A DNA stretch of 64,000 nucleotides from Sphingobacteriales bacterium (GTDB lineage Bacteria > Bacteroidota > Bacteroidia > Chitinophagales > JADIYW01): positions 327,583 to 391,582 of the forward strand of contig JADKIQ010000025.1 in the NCBI GenBank assembly GCA_016721245.1. The letters are read 5' to 3'. The stretch's first letter is position 1. The number at the start of each line of letters is the position of its first letter. Below the pieces are notes generated by a model. It saw nothing but the letters and a program-made list of their open reading frames with translations, did no database searches and had not been told where the DNA came from. The position numbers and the translations under genes are program-made. This document shows, one piece after another, positions 42,045-52,679 of this stretch.

Positions 42045-44645
42045 TTATTCATTTCTGAATACAATCTGCCCGTTGAAACTGTCAGCAATAACTTTTTTAT
42101 TCTTATCAATTTTATCCGCCAGAATCATTTTAGATAATTCGTTGATGAGTTCCTTATTGATTAATCGTTTCAGCGGACGCGCACCATATTGCGGCTCATA
42201 TCCTTCTTTTGCAAAATAATCTGCCAGCTCATCTGTATATTCCAGATTTATGTCCATATCTACCAGTTGTTTTTTCAGATTGTTCAATTGTATTTTTACA
42301 ATCTCTCTGATATCGCCTTGCAACAAAGGTTTGAACATAATCACTTCATCAATACGATTGAAAAACTCCGGTTTTAAAACACGTTTCAGCGCATCAAAAA
42401 TCTGTGCTTTAGAAGTTTCGGTTGCCGTAAAAATTTCAGCGTCTGTTTTTACATTCTCAAAATTTTGCTGAATTAAATGCGAGCCTATATTCGATGTCAT
42501 GATGATAATCGTATTTTTAAAATCCACGACTCTGCCTTTATTATCCGTCAAACGGCCGTCTTCCAGCACCTGCAGCAATACATTGAATACATCCGGATGC
42601 GCTTTTTCCACTTCATCCAGCAATACAACGGAGTAAGGATGGTTGCGAACGGCTTCCGTTAATTGTCCGCCTTCATCATAGCCCACATATCCCGGAGGAG
42701 AACCAATTAAACGCGATACAGAATGTTTTTCCATATACTCACTCATATCGATACGCACCATTGCTTTTTCATCATCGAAAAGTAATTCCGCCAATGCTTT
42801 TGCAAGTTCTGTTTTACCAACACCGGTGGTACCGATAAACAAGAACGAGCCTAAAGGTTTTTTCGGATCCTGCAAACCTGCACGGCTTCTGCGAATCGCA
42901 TCGGAAACGGCAATAATTGCTTCATCCTGCCCGATAACTCTTGCATGCAGGTAATCTTCCAGCTTCAGTAATTTTTCCCGTTCCGCCTGCAGCATTTTAT
43001 TTACCGGAATGCCTGTCCACTTAGAAACCACTTCTGCAATATCTTCGCCGGTTACTTCTTCTTTCATCAGGCGGCTGCCTTTCTTTATTTCATCTAACTC
43101 TTTTTCAAACGTCACTAATTTTTGCTCTGCTTCTTTTATTTTTCCGTATCTGATTTCAGCAACCTTTGCGTAATCACCGTTGCGTTCGGCTTTTTCCGCT
43201 TCCGCTTTTAAATTTTCTATCGCCTCTTTTTCTGCAGAGATTCTGTCGACGATTGTTTTTTCGCTCTGCCATTTTGCTTTCATGGCATTTCTCTTTTCGG
43301 ATAAATCTGCAATCGTCTCCGACAAATCTTTCACTTTTACTTCATCGTTTTCACGTTTGATGGCTTCGCGTTCAATTTCCAGCTGGCGTATTTTTCTGTC
43401 GAGTTCATCGAGTTCTTCCGGAACGGAATCCATTTCCAGGCGCAGTTTTGCTGCTGCTTCATCAATTAAGTCGATCGCTTTATCAGGTAAAAAACGATTC
43501 GTGATATACCTGCTGGATAATTCGGCAGCAGCGATAATCGCTTCGTCTTTTATCGTTACTTTATGATGTGTTTCATAACGCTCTTTCAATCCGCGTAAAA
43601 TAGAGACTGTATCTTCCACACTCGGCTCCTGCACCATTACTTTCTGGAAACGACGTTCCAGCGCTTTATCTTTCTCAAAATATTTCTGATATTCGTTTAA
43701 TGTGGTTGCACCGATTGCACGCAGTTCACCACGTGCCAGTGCAGGTTTCAGAATATTGGCAGCATCCATAGCGCCGTCACCACCACCGCCTGCACCAACC
43801 AGCGTATGAATTTCATCAATGAATAAAATAATTTGTCCATCAGAAGAAATTACCTCTTTGATAACAGATTTCAAACGTTCTTCAAACTCACCTTTATATT
43901 TGGCACCTGCAATCAATGCACCCATGTCAAGCGAATAAATAATTTTTGATTTTAAATTTTCAGGAATATCTCCCGAAATAATTCTATGTGCAATACCTTC
44001 CGCGATGGCAGTTTTACCAACGCCGGGTTCACCTACCAGAATCGGATTATTCTTCGTTCTTCGTGAAAGGATGTGTAACACACGTCGGATTTCTTCATCG
44101 CGACCAATAACCGGATCTAGTTTATTGGATTGCGCCAATTCATTCAGATTCTTAGCATATTTCTCTAAAGAATTATAGGTAGTATCAGCACTTGGATTAT
44201 TCACGGTTTGTCCTTTTCTGAGTTCTTTAATTGCTTGTTTTAAATTTACTTCAGTGATATTATTTTTTTTCAGCAAATCAGCTGTTGCATCTTTTGTGCT
44301 TAATAAAGCTAACAACAAATGTTCTATGGAAACGTATTCATCGTTAAATTCTTTAAGGTACGAATTTGCTTTCAGCAACGTTTGTGATAATGCCTGTGTG
44401 GGATACTGCATACTGTCGCCGGAAACGGTGGGTTGTTTTTTCAGCAGCGCATCTAATTCTGATTTAATTTTTGACAAATCAGCATTCACCTTTTTAAAGA
44501 GAAACGGTGTTACGTCCTGATCAGTATCCAGTATTGCTTTCAGCAAATGGAAAGTATCCAGAGAAGAGTGTTTAAAGTCGAATGCCAGTTGCTGTGCACC
44601 AGCAATCGCTTCCTGTGATTTGATAGTATAGTTATTTGGGTTCAT
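42045..44645 (-). CDS. clpB: ATP-dependent chaperone ClpB
   Basis: 866-aa ORF with two AAA+ modules ([16 protein letters not shown]), a middle coiled-coil and the Clp N-domain. Confidence 0.95.
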   Translation of the reverse strand: MNPNNYTIKSQEAIAGAQQLAFDFKHSSLDTFHLLKAILDTDQDVTPFLFKKVNADLSKIKSELDALLKKQPTVSGDSMQYPTQALSQTLLKANSYLKEFNDEYVSIEHLLLALLSTKDATADLLKKNNITEVNLKQAIKELRKGQTVNNPSADTTYNSLEKYAKNLNELAQSNKLDPVIGRDEEIRRVLHILSRRTKNNPILVGEPGVGKTAIAEGIAHRIISGDIPENLKSKIIYSLDMGALIAGAKYKGEFEERLKSVIKEVISSDGQIILFIDEIHTLVGAGGGGDGAMDAANILKPALARGELRAIGATTLNEYQKYFEKDKALERRFQKVMVQEPSVEDTVSILRGLKERYETHHKVTIKDEAIIAAAELSSRYITNRFLPDKAIDLIDEAAAKLRLEMDSVPEELDELDRKIRQLEIEREAIKRENDEVKVKDLSETIADLSEKRNAMKAKWQSEKTIVDRISAEKEAIENLKAEAEKAERNGDYAKVAEIRYGKIKEAEQKLVTFEKELDEIKKGSRLMKEEVTGEDIAEVVSKWTGIPVNKMLQAEREKLLKLEDYLHARVIGQDEAIIAVSDAIRRSRAGLQDPKKPLGSFLFIGTTGVGKTELAKALAELLFDDEKAMVRIDMSEYMEKHSVSRLIGSPPGYVGYDEGGQLTEAVRNHPYSVVLLDEVEKAHPDVFNVLLQVLEDGRLTDNKGRVVDFKNTIIIMTSNIGSHLIQQNFENVKTDAEIFTATETSKAQIFDALKRVLKPEFFNRIDEVIMFKPLLQGDIREIVKIQLNNLKKQLVDMDINLEYTDELADYFAKEGYEPQYGARPLKRLINKELINELSKMILADKIDKNKKVIADSFNGQIVFRNE

Positions 44646-44767
44646 AGTATTAATTATTAATTACACTATTACAATAGCAAAAACTATGCGAATGACAAAA
44701 TGATAGATTTTTCTTTCAAAAAAAGAAAGAATGACAGAAATAAAATATAAAAACAGACTATTTGTCC

Positions 44768-45136
44768 TTATTTATCTTCGTCAACTATGAATTTTTCTAC
44801 AGTTGCACTGATGAAAGAGAAGGATAAGCTGAATATCAAAGCAGCTAGCCAACCGCCAACCTGAAAACCATCCAGCATATTATCTGTTAAGACTACCATT
44901 GCTGCACTGATTACCAGTGAAAACAAACCTAAGGTAATGCATGTAATAGGTAATGCAAAAATCTTAATGATTGGTTTTATGAAGGTATTGAGCAGTGTAA
45001 GCACCAAGGCTACTTTCACGGCATCTAAAGGAGAATTTACTATCGGGTTGCTGAAACCTGACCACACTGCGGGTAACAAATAAGATAAGCCAATTACAGT
45101 GGCTATTTTTATAAGAAAGCGAATAATGAATTTCAT
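44768..45136 (-). CDS. small membrane protein (YvlD/DUF360, 'phage holin 4_2' family-like)
   Basis: About 122 aa from the ATG at 45136, with 3-4 TM segments. The family assignment is from memory. The track ORF begins at an upstream TTG (45169). Confidence 0.6.
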   Translation of the reverse strand: MKFIIRFLIKIATVIGLSYLLPAVWSGFSNPIVNSPLDAVKVALVLTLLNTFIKPIIKIFALPITCITLGLFSLVISAAMVVLTDNMLDGFQVGGWLAALIFSLSFSFISATVEKFIVDEDK

Positions 45137-45172
45137 AGAATAAAGATAAAAATTATAATTTATTTGCAAAAA

Positions 45173-46018
45173 TTATTTTTGCATTTTATAGTTCAGTAAT
45201 AAATCAATAACCAATAAAGAGATATGCTCTTTTGCAAATTCAAAATTTTCTTTCAGCGCTTCTTTGTATCTCACGTCACTTGCAATTGTTGTATCTGTAT
45301 TCTCAATATTATTATCAATTATAAACCAATATCCTTCCTTGCGTTGTGAGTTCAGAATTTTATGAATTTCTGTTGATTTTATAAGATCTGACCTTTTATT
45401 CATCAGCAGTAAATCAATTGCTTCCGTTTTGATATCGCTATTTGTGAAATCCCATGGTAACTTTAGTATAATATCATTAAAGATTTTTTTTTCGAGTATA
45501 CTGTGATGAAAATAAAGCGATTTTATCTGACTCTTATTTAAGTATTTTGTATTTTTTTTTAACTCTGTCAAGCTTAGATAACAATGTGTTAACTGATAAT
45601 CACCTTCCTTAGATACCTTTTCAAGAGAACTAAAAAAATCTTTACTTAAGGAATCTGTTTTTATAAACATCACCTGAAAAAACAGATTCATAAATGGTAT
45701 GGAATCACTATACAAACAATCTCTGTCTTTCGTATTTCCGGTTTTAATTATATCATATAATGCATAAAACTCTTTATAATCTAAGCTATCTAATCCGGAT
45801 GCATATCTGTCAATATCCGTATCTGTTTTTAAATTGTTATTCTTAAGCGTATATAAATACTGAAAGAAAATATCTTTACTGAAATTGTACTTTTCATTTT
45901 CAATGTATTTAAATGCCTTTCCAATTGCTGTATCAATCTTATTTTTAAAATTATTTTGCGCAATAGTAATTTGCAAGGCCGATAGAAACACAAAAGTAGA
46001 TAACAAAACTTTATTCAT
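45173..46018 (-). CDS. secreted hypothetical protein
   Basis: 281-aa ORF with the signal peptide MNKVLLSTFVFLSALQITIAQ. It lies immediately downstream of the giant T9SS gene. Confidence 0.6.
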   Translation of the reverse strand: MNKVLLSTFVFLSALQITIAQNNFKNKIDTAIGKAFKYIENEKYNFSKDIFFQYLYTLKNNNLKTDTDIDRYASGLDSLDYKEFYALYDIIKTGNTKDRDCLYSDSIPFMNLFFQVMFIKTDSLSKDFFSSLEKVSKEGDYQLTHCYLSLTELKKNTKYLNKSQIKSLYFHHSILEKKIFNDIILKLPWDFTNSDIKTEAIDLLLMNKRSDLIKSTEIHKILNSQRKEGYWFIIDNNIENTDTTIASDVRYKEALKENFEFAKEHISLLVIDLLLNYKMQK

Positions 46019-46052
46019 GGTTTTACAAATTATAGTACCTGTGGATATACCG

Positions 46053-49000
46053 CTATTGTTTTATAAATTTCAATTTATGTTTTACACCTGTGTTGTCTAC
46101 CATTTCTATTACATATGAAGCATTAGCTAAATTTTTAAAATTGAATAACTTTGTATTTATACCTTCAGAAATTGCACTAATTTCATTATAAACTATCTTC
46201 CCTAAAATATCATAGACATTAAATGAAGCATTATAATCTGAAGATGAAGTGATAACAATATTATATTCTCCTTTTGTTGGATTGGGATAAGAAGCAATGA
46301 TATCATTTGTGATATTAAGAGACCTAACCACAATTTTTAATGTATTGGAATACTCAAATGTTTCATCTAAGTCAACCATTTTTAATCTGTAATAATTATT
46401 TCCCACAACAGGATGTAAGTCAAATAAGCTGTAAGACTTCGTAGAATTTGAATTTCCTGCAGCAGGTAATTCTCCTACATAAAACCAGTTACCAACTCCA
46501 TCTAAGCTTTTTTCAACTATAAACATTTTCGAATTTACTTCGGAAGCAGTAACCCAGTCTAATCTGTTTCTGTCACCAATATTTATACCCGTAAAAGAAA
46601 CCAGTTCTAGTGGTAAAACCTCATATGGGAACCGAACCGGATGAATATAGAATGTAGAAAACTGATCAACAATAAATGATACTTCATGTTCTGTCCCGGC
46701 ATAAGGGGCAAAAACAGGCGCCTGCCAGTTCGGGTGTGTACCGGAGTATCCGTTATCTACAATCATTTCTCCTCCGCTTGTTAAGTTGCCGTTTGGATCA
46801 TTATTGGGTCCGGAAAAGACCAATCCTCCACCTCCTGGAAACTTAGAAACCTGCAAGCCTGTTGTTCCGCTGAACGCATAAGGTGTTCCGGCTGCATATG
46901 TTTCCAAAGCAGCTCTTTCCGCTTCAGTAAAATATAAAGTCACTTTAGCAAATATGTTGGCATCTGCGGGAGATATAGAAAAATATCTTTTTAAATAAGG
47001 TTGCTTATCAGAATATCCATGAGTATTAACCGCAGGAACAATTAAGCCATTTGCTGGTGTTGGTCTTCTTATACAAACCTCTGTATTACCTAATGAGTTT
47101 GTTGAATAGGTGGCTCCGGTGAGATCTTCAATTTTACAAACTATTTTACCTGTAACATCAAAATAAGTATATGTATTTCCATCCACCAATGGACAGGTAT
47201 AACAATTTAAAGTATCCTGAGTTATGTTATTTATATTAGTGGGTGCAATAGCAAACGTCACATCATCAAAGGAAGAACAGGCACCATTCGTTACAGTCCA
47301 TCTGTAAGTAAGAGAATTTCCCCATGCAATGTTATTTACAATCAAGGTTGTTGAAGCATCCGGCAAAGGACTTGGAATTGTTGATACACCTGAAGGCGCA
47401 GTAATTGCTGACCATGAACCGGAGCCTGTAAGTGGTGTTGCCGCTACGAGTGTTGCACTTGCATTAGGGTTTCCACATGTCACGATATCTACAAGGTTTG
47501 CATCTGCTGCAACATCTTCATTTATAACCCAAGCAAAATCTGTCGGATAATTTTGAATACTGCAATTAGCCAGTCCGGATGTTGAAATGGTATTTATCAG
47601 TGCATGCCGTGTTTGAACTATTGTAGTACCAACAACCTTTGTAATATTTGATGGATTTATAGCGGACCAGGCTGTCCATGTTGTACCACCATCAATTGAG
47701 ACTCTGTATTGTATTTCAGCAAAACTAAGTACTGTGTGTCCTGTCGGATTATTCACACATAAATTAACCGGACTGGCTGCACAAACATTTGCACCATTCG
47801 CAGCACCACAAGATGTCCAGGCTGTTGATGGTGTTAAATCTGGAAATACAACAACCGAATCATATTGCCATATAGACCAACCACAACATTTATCATTTAC
47901 TCTGGCTGCAAATAAATACGTGATAGTATCTGTTGTAGAATTCGATAAAGTTATAGCAGCAGGAGAAGTTCCCGTTCCTGAAACCCAGGCAGGAACAGGA
48001 GATGTACGAACTGTTCCATCTTTATATTTTCTCCATCTCCACTCAATATCAGCTGCAGTACCTGTAGCATCTAAGTTTGGATTATTAGATATTATAGACA
48101 TCGTTACTGTCTCATTGTTACAAATTCGATGTTTGGTTAAATTTATATCCGGGAGAGATCTTGAATTAGGTTTAATGTATATCATATCTCTGAAAGTAGT
48201 TCCGGCGGGAACTATTATATCTTTTGCATCAAAACCTGAAATTCCGGATGAGTAAAAAATATCAGGTGTAGCAGATGCCATTGTCCAGCTGGATGTATTT
48301 GGGGCTATATCACTTACAATTGAACCACCGGCATCAAAGGAAGACCAATTACCCAATCCCCCCTTATTCATAGGTATCGAAGAATTAATACACCCCAGGT
48401 AATACTGCGCTCTGACAGTGTTATATGGAATTGAGCCACCATTTGCGGATGAGTTTACTATGTAAGAAGTTAAACCAACTTTTGATGGTTCATTCACTGT
48501 AGAATATAAATTAGCAGCCGAAACATTTCCGACGGCAAATCTATCTCCGACTCTTCCATTACCTCCGGCTCCTCCATTTGCACCATCTTGTCCTCTTCCA
48601 CCGTTACCGCCACAACCACCTGTATTTGCACAAGAGCTGGATCCATTTTGATTCTGACATTGCTGACCTGCACCGCCATTTCCACCATCAGACCCTGAAC
48701 CACCAATGCCACCAGTACCACCGGTACCACCGGCACCAGCAACACCCGTATTTAACTGGCAGTCTGCAATGGAAGATATTGCACCATTGTTATAAATAAA
48801 TACGGCATAGGATGCACCACCACCTTTACCGCCAGCACCGCCGCCGCCGCCGCCGCCAGAACCGCCGCCGCCGCCGCCACCAGCACCAGAGTCACCTGTT
48901 TTTGTACAAGTACAAATAAATCCGCACCCCCTAACGCATATTTCTTCAGTGCCACCTCCGCCACCTCCGCCTTCACCGCGTGCACCTCCAACTCCACCTG

Positions 49001-51941
49001 TACCATTAGTACCTGATTGGGGTAAATAATAACCACTTAGAAAAGCGGCTGTCACTGGAGTTGTACCAGATACGCCGGCTGTAGGTCTTACTCCTGCAGC
49101 GGTGCCTGCACCAGTACCACCACCACCCCCCTTGTCATTACATCCACCACATGCCTGAGCCCCTCCACTTGCACCACCGCTGCCCGCCCCTCCGTTCTGG
49201 CATTGATTTCCTCCTGCACCTCCTGTGCCTCCATTTGTACCTGAACTGCCATTACTCCCGCCATACAAAGCACCTGTACCTGCTGCACCACCATTTCCAC
49301 CACCGCCACCTGACGGGTTATTACAAGAACCACTTCCAAAAGGACAAACATTGCAATCACAATTTCGTTGAGAACCAGTGCCTCCGTTAGATGTAGCATT
49401 TCCTCCATTACCACCATCATAATTTGCTGGAGTTGCAACCCTACCCTCTCCTGACGTAGCATTCCCGCTGGAAATGTTACATCTTGTTATATTCCAATTA
49501 TTACATCCATTTATATAAATTCCGTAAGATGATTTTCCGTAAAGCCCAGGGGTTAATCCGGATGCATTTGCTGAAGTAATAGTTAAATCCTGTAACTTCC
49601 AACCATTTACCCCATTCGCATTTATAGCCCAGGTGTGTTGTGTATTCCCTGCACCTCCAGTAGCGGTGGAGTTTATAATTGTTAAAGCAGCACCATTATT
49701 ATCATTTTTTGTCCAGGGGGTGGTGGTATTATCAAACCCACCTTCAATCAAAACGTTAGATAATAGATTAATGACAGCACTTGTATTATAAATTCCGCTT
49801 GCAACTCTTATGTGTGTTAATCCCGTAGTTCCTGCTAAAGACAAAGCGCCTTGTAATGTCAGCTTCGGAGATGTTTCGGTACCGGTATTTGCATCGGATC
49901 CAGTTGATGATACATAGATATAGTTACAAGAACTTGTTGATACATTAACCGTGCAAGTTGATATGGTATTACCACACGTTGCGTTAATATGAGTTAATGT
50001 GACTGTATAGATTCCAGCTGTAGGGAATGTGATATTTGTTGATGTTGATGTTGGATTTGCAATTACAGCAGTCGCAGGTGTTGTTGACCATTGATATGTT
50101 ACATTTCCACCAATTGCATTTATATCCGGAGCTAAGGTAGCACTAAACAATGTTGGTGTATTTTCAAAAGTGGAAGCACCGCAAGCAGCAGAAACAATAG
50201 GTGACGCATTAACTGCGACTGGTAGATAAGTCAGTCTCTTACAAACAGAAATCACAGAATCATATTTTGCTCCACTTGCCCCCATACTGCCTGGTCCGGT
50301 TCTGTTATATGCTATTACTCTGTAAACTCTTGTTCCCGAAGTAGCTGGAGGTGTATATGTGCTGCAATTACCACCAGTTATTACATTAGTCCATGTCGGG
50401 CTGAGTGGGCAAATTGCCCCACCCGGGCCACTTGACTGATTTGCTACCTGCCATTGATAGTATGTAGCCTGAGAAGCAGTGGCGGTATACGTTACCGGTG
50501 TTGTACCGCAAAGCGTGAGATCGTCTGGCTGATCAACAGTAACAGCACTTGGGTTTGCCATTGTCCATTTATATCTTAACCTAAAAAAGTAGTTATCATA
50601 TTGTGACGAGCCGCTACCAACATTAGATAAAACAGGGACATCTACATAATTCCAAATATTAGAAGGTGCTTCGTAAGGTGCACCATTTCTCCAGTTAATC
50701 CTAAACCCGGCAGCTGGAATATTAGCATAATTATTTCCGGGTAAGGTTGTAACATGTGCATCATCATCCTGTAATGATGTCAGGTTACAATACCAGGAAC
50801 CACCTGCATCAGCTGCATTGTATTCATCATCCGTACCACAGCCTACACCTAATCCCAGCACACTTAAAAACCAACTATCCTCTTCCCAAATATCATATGC
50901 AACTTTTATGATGGAATCGTTCTGTTCTGCGGTATAATTTTTTTCAAATATTTTTACCGGTAAAGATGTATAACTTCCATAAGAATTGGTGTACGTTGAT
51001 GTAACGGGCGATCCAAACAGACTTGTAGTAGTTAATGCTCCTGTATTCCATTGGGGTGTAGACTGAGAAATTTTAATCGTAGAACCGCTACCTGTACCAA
51101 ATGTTGTAAATGAAGTGGGCTCATCTACTGCCTGAATCTTCAGTCTCAAATCTTCATCGCCTCCGATACCAATTCCGCAAACACCTCCATCCCAGTCATT
51201 ATCGGAAAATAATCCAACCAATTCACAGGTTACAGTATGATTACCATCTTTATACTTAGGGGACGGGCATTGGGTTTTTGCTTCAAGCCAATCCCACTGG
51301 TAAGCATAAATTATGGTATACTTATGTTCTCCACCTGCAGATGCGACTATTGGCTGTGAATAATTTACAACTCCTGGCGCGCCACCCCTGAAGTTAACAG
51401 CAGTCCAGCTTCCGTATGCTTCATAATCATCTGACTGAGCGCAAATTGTTCCGACGAGGGGTATTGTTACACAACAACATTCATCATTTGTCATCCGGTT
51501 ACCGCCACAAATAAGTTCAGGGCAATCATTTTCAAATGAAGATCCGAATGTAACATCAAATCTAAAAGGAACACTCGTTGTAGGATAGGTTACATCCAGT
51601 AATTTATATCCTAATGCGTCTGTTACAATTCCTGCCGGAACATTTGATCCGGATTGTGGTAATGGATAATATCTATTACTGGGACCGGTGTATTGGACAT
51701 TTAAACCAGCTGGAGATTGCAGGTAGGTGCCAAAGCCGTTATCAACTCGCGCAGCAATATCTCTTATTGTGTATTCTTTATCATTATCCGGTACGAATTC
51801 CCCACAATTGGCACTTGACCAAACTTTATGCGCCCATACTCTTAATCGTATTGGTCCGTCATTATAAAGCTGTGCATTAGATGAAATGCAAAAAAATAAC
51901 CAGACAATGGTAAGTATTACTTTTTGTATATTTCTATTCAT
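46053..51941 (-). CDS. giant secreted T9SS cargo protein with a beta-helix-like segment, a Gly/Cys-rich core and Ig-like modules
   Basis: 1,962-aa uninterrupted ORF with signal peptide MNRNIQKVILTIVWLFFCISSNAQ. A beta-helix-type segment (IYVSSTGSDANTGTETSPKLTLQGAL...) is followed by a glycine-rich region of about 280 aa. Near the C-terminus are a LELVSFTG...YYRLKMVDLDE domain and the Por tail (YPNPTKGEYNIV...YVIEMVDNTGVKHKLKFIKQ). Confidence 0.85.
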   Translation of the reverse strand: MNRNIQKVILTIVWLFFCISSNAQLYNDGPIRLRVWAHKVWSSANCGEFVPDNDKEYTIRDIAARVDNGFGTYLQSPAGLNVQYTGPSNRYYPLPQSGSNVPAGIVTDALGYKLLDVTYPTTSVPFRFDVTFGSSFENDCPELICGGNRMTNDECCCVTIPLVGTICAQSDDYEAYGSWTAVNFRGGAPGVVNYSQPIVASAGGEHKYTIIYAYQWDWLEAKTQCPSPKYKDGNHTVTCELVGLFSDNDWDGGVCGIGIGGDEDLRLKIQAVDEPTSFTTFGTGSGSTIKISQSTPQWNTGALTTTSLFGSPVTSTYTNSYGSYTSLPVKIFEKNYTAEQNDSIIKVAYDIWEEDSWFLSVLGLGVGCGTDDEYNAADAGGSWYCNLTSLQDDDAHVTTLPGNNYANIPAAGFRINWRNGAPYEAPSNIWNYVDVPVLSNVGSGSSQYDNYFFRLRYKWTMANPSAVTVDQPDDLTLCGTTPVTYTATASQATYYQWQVANQSSGPGGAICPLSPTWTNVITGGNCSTYTPPATSGTRVYRVIAYNRTGPGSMGASGAKYDSVISVCKRLTYLPVAVNASPIVSAACGASTFENTPTLFSATLAPDINAIGGNVTYQWSTTPATAVIANPTSTSTNITFPTAGIYTVTLTHINATCGNTISTCTVNVSTSSCNYIYVSSTGSDANTGTETSPKLTLQGALSLAGTTGLTHIRVASGIYNTSAVINLLSNVLIEGGFDNTTTPWTKNDNNGAALTIINSTATGGAGNTQHTWAINANGVNGWKLQDLTITSANASGLTPGLYGKSSYGIYINGCNNWNITRCNISSGNATSGEGRVATPANYDGGNGGNATSNGGTGSQRNCDCNVCPFGSGSCNNPSGGGGGNGGAAGTGALYGGSNGSSGTNGGTGGAGGNQCQNGGAGSGGASGGAQACGGCNDKGGGGGTGAGTAAGVRPTAGVSGTTPVTAAFLSGYYLPQSGTNGTGGVGGARGEGGGGGGGTEEICVRGCGFICTCTKTGDSGAGGGGGGGSGGGGGGGAGGKGGGASYAVFIYNNGAISSIADCQLNTGVAGAGGTGGTGGIGGSGSDGGNGGAGQQCQNQNGSSSCANTGGCGGNGGRGQDGANGGAGGNGRVGDRFAVGNVSAANLYSTVNEPSKVGLTSYIVNSSANGGSIPYNTVRAQYYLGCINSSIPMNKGGLGNWSSFDAGGSIVSDIAPNTSSWTMASATPDIFYSSGISGFDAKDIIVPAGTTFRDMIYIKPNSRSLPDINLTKHRICNNETVTMSIISNNPNLDATGTAADIEWRWRKYKDGTVRTSPVPAWVSGTGTSPAAITLSNSTTDTITYLFAARVNDKCCGWSIWQYDSVVVFPDLTPSTAWTSCGAANGANVCAASPVNLCVNNPTGHTVLSFAEIQYRVSIDGGTTWTAWSAINPSNITKVVGTTIVQTRHALINTISTSGLANCSIQNYPTDFAWVINEDVAADANLVDIVTCGNPNASATLVAATPLTGSGSWSAITAPSGVSTIPSPLPDASTTLIVNNIAWGNSLTYRWTVTNGACSSFDDVTFAIAPTNINNITQDTLNCYTCPLVDGNTYTYFDVTGKIVCKIEDLTGATYSTNSLGNTEVCIRRPTPANGLIVPAVNTHGYSDKQPYLKRYFSISPADANIFAKVTLYFTEAERAALETYAAGTPYAFSGTTGLQVSKFPGGGGLVFSGPNNDPNGNLTSGGEMIVDNGYSGTHPNWQAPVFAPYAGTEHEVSFIVDQFSTFYIHPVRFPYEVLPLELVSFTGINIGDRNRLDWVTASEVNSKMFIVEKSLDGVGNWFYVGELPAAGNSNSTKSYSLFDLHPVVGNNYYRLKMVDLDETFEYSNTLKIVVRSLNITNDIIASYPNPTKGEYNIVITSSSDYNASFNVYDILGKIVYNEISAISEGINTKLFNFKNLANASYVIEMVDNTGVKHKLKFIKQ
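48838..48876 (-). repeat. (CCG)6 and (CCG)5 trinucleotide runs encoding G7-S-G7
   Basis: The plus strand reads ccg x6 (48838-48855), then cca gaa, then ccg x5 (48862-48876), inside the Gly-rich core of the giant ORF. Confidence 0.9.
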
Positions 51942-52464
51942 AATTTATAGTTTTTGCAAAAAATAGTAGTGTTAACAACCTATATTTGGAATTAACATCT
52001 TTAATAAAGATAAATGCAAGCGGACTTTCAAAGACACCATTTTTGAGATTAAAGAAAACTTTTGCATTGATTTTGGTGTAATTTACTCCACCGCAACCGA
52101 ATGATGATGTGGCATCATCAAAGGCAATACTATCTATTTTCTTATTATTTATTATATAATTATTATATTCATAATATATACTATTCACTTTGTAATATTC
52201 TTCAGGCTGTGTTAAACAACTTACTTTGTATCCTTTCAGATAGTATATAATTGAGTCATATTCAGATTGGCTGATAAGATTATTTTGAATAAAAATGGAA
52301 TCCTTATTATTAAATGAATGAATGAATTCATCCAATAAAATATTTACGGTACTATCTGTATCAAGATTACATCCATCAGCCCTGGCAAGGTGCTTCTGAT
52401 TCGTATTGCTGAAACAAATTAAAAAAAAAGAAAAAAAAAGTATACAGAAAAAAGTAAATTTCAT
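51934..52464 (-). CDS. secreted hypothetical protein, first gene of the giant-protein operon
   Basis: 176-aa ORF with a signal peptide (MKFTFFCILFFSFFLICFS). Its stop overlaps the start of the giant ORF by 8 nt (ATGAATAG). Confidence 0.6.
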   Translation of the reverse strand: MKFTFFCILFFSFFLICFSNTNQKHLARADGCNLDTDSTVNILLDEFIHSFNNKDSIFIQNNLISQSEYDSIIYYLKGYKVSCLTQPEEYYKVNSIYYEYNNYIINNKKIDSIAFDDATSSFGCGGVNYTKINAKVFFNLKNGVFESPLAFIFIKDVNSKYRLLTLLFFAKTINYE

Positions 52465-52679
52465 TTCGATAACATTGTATTTACATAAATTTAAACAAAA
52501 TACTTGTTATAAGCAAATAAAATATGGTGCTTGACAGTAAATATTACCAAGTAATTGCTGTCATATATTGTTATGTTTTACATTACAAAGAAAGCCTGAG
52601 TGATGTATAAAATCTTAGTGGAATAGATTCTGAAATTAAACTGTATTTTAGCAATCCAATCAGAATACGTATATCAACT

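Noticed and set aside
44646-44767. AT-rich hairpin ttctttc-aaaaaaa-gaaagaa as a terminator or regulatory element upstream of clpB
   Set aside because: The stem is weak and all A/T, with no flanking T-run in the relevant orientation. It cannot be told apart from low-complexity spacer.
48494-49462. Several 70-125-aa ORFs on both strands inside the giant gene
   Set aside because: The GGN-rich, stop-poor sequence keeps alternative frames open. These ORFs lie fully within an uninterrupted 1,962-aa frame that has a signal peptide and a T9SS tail.
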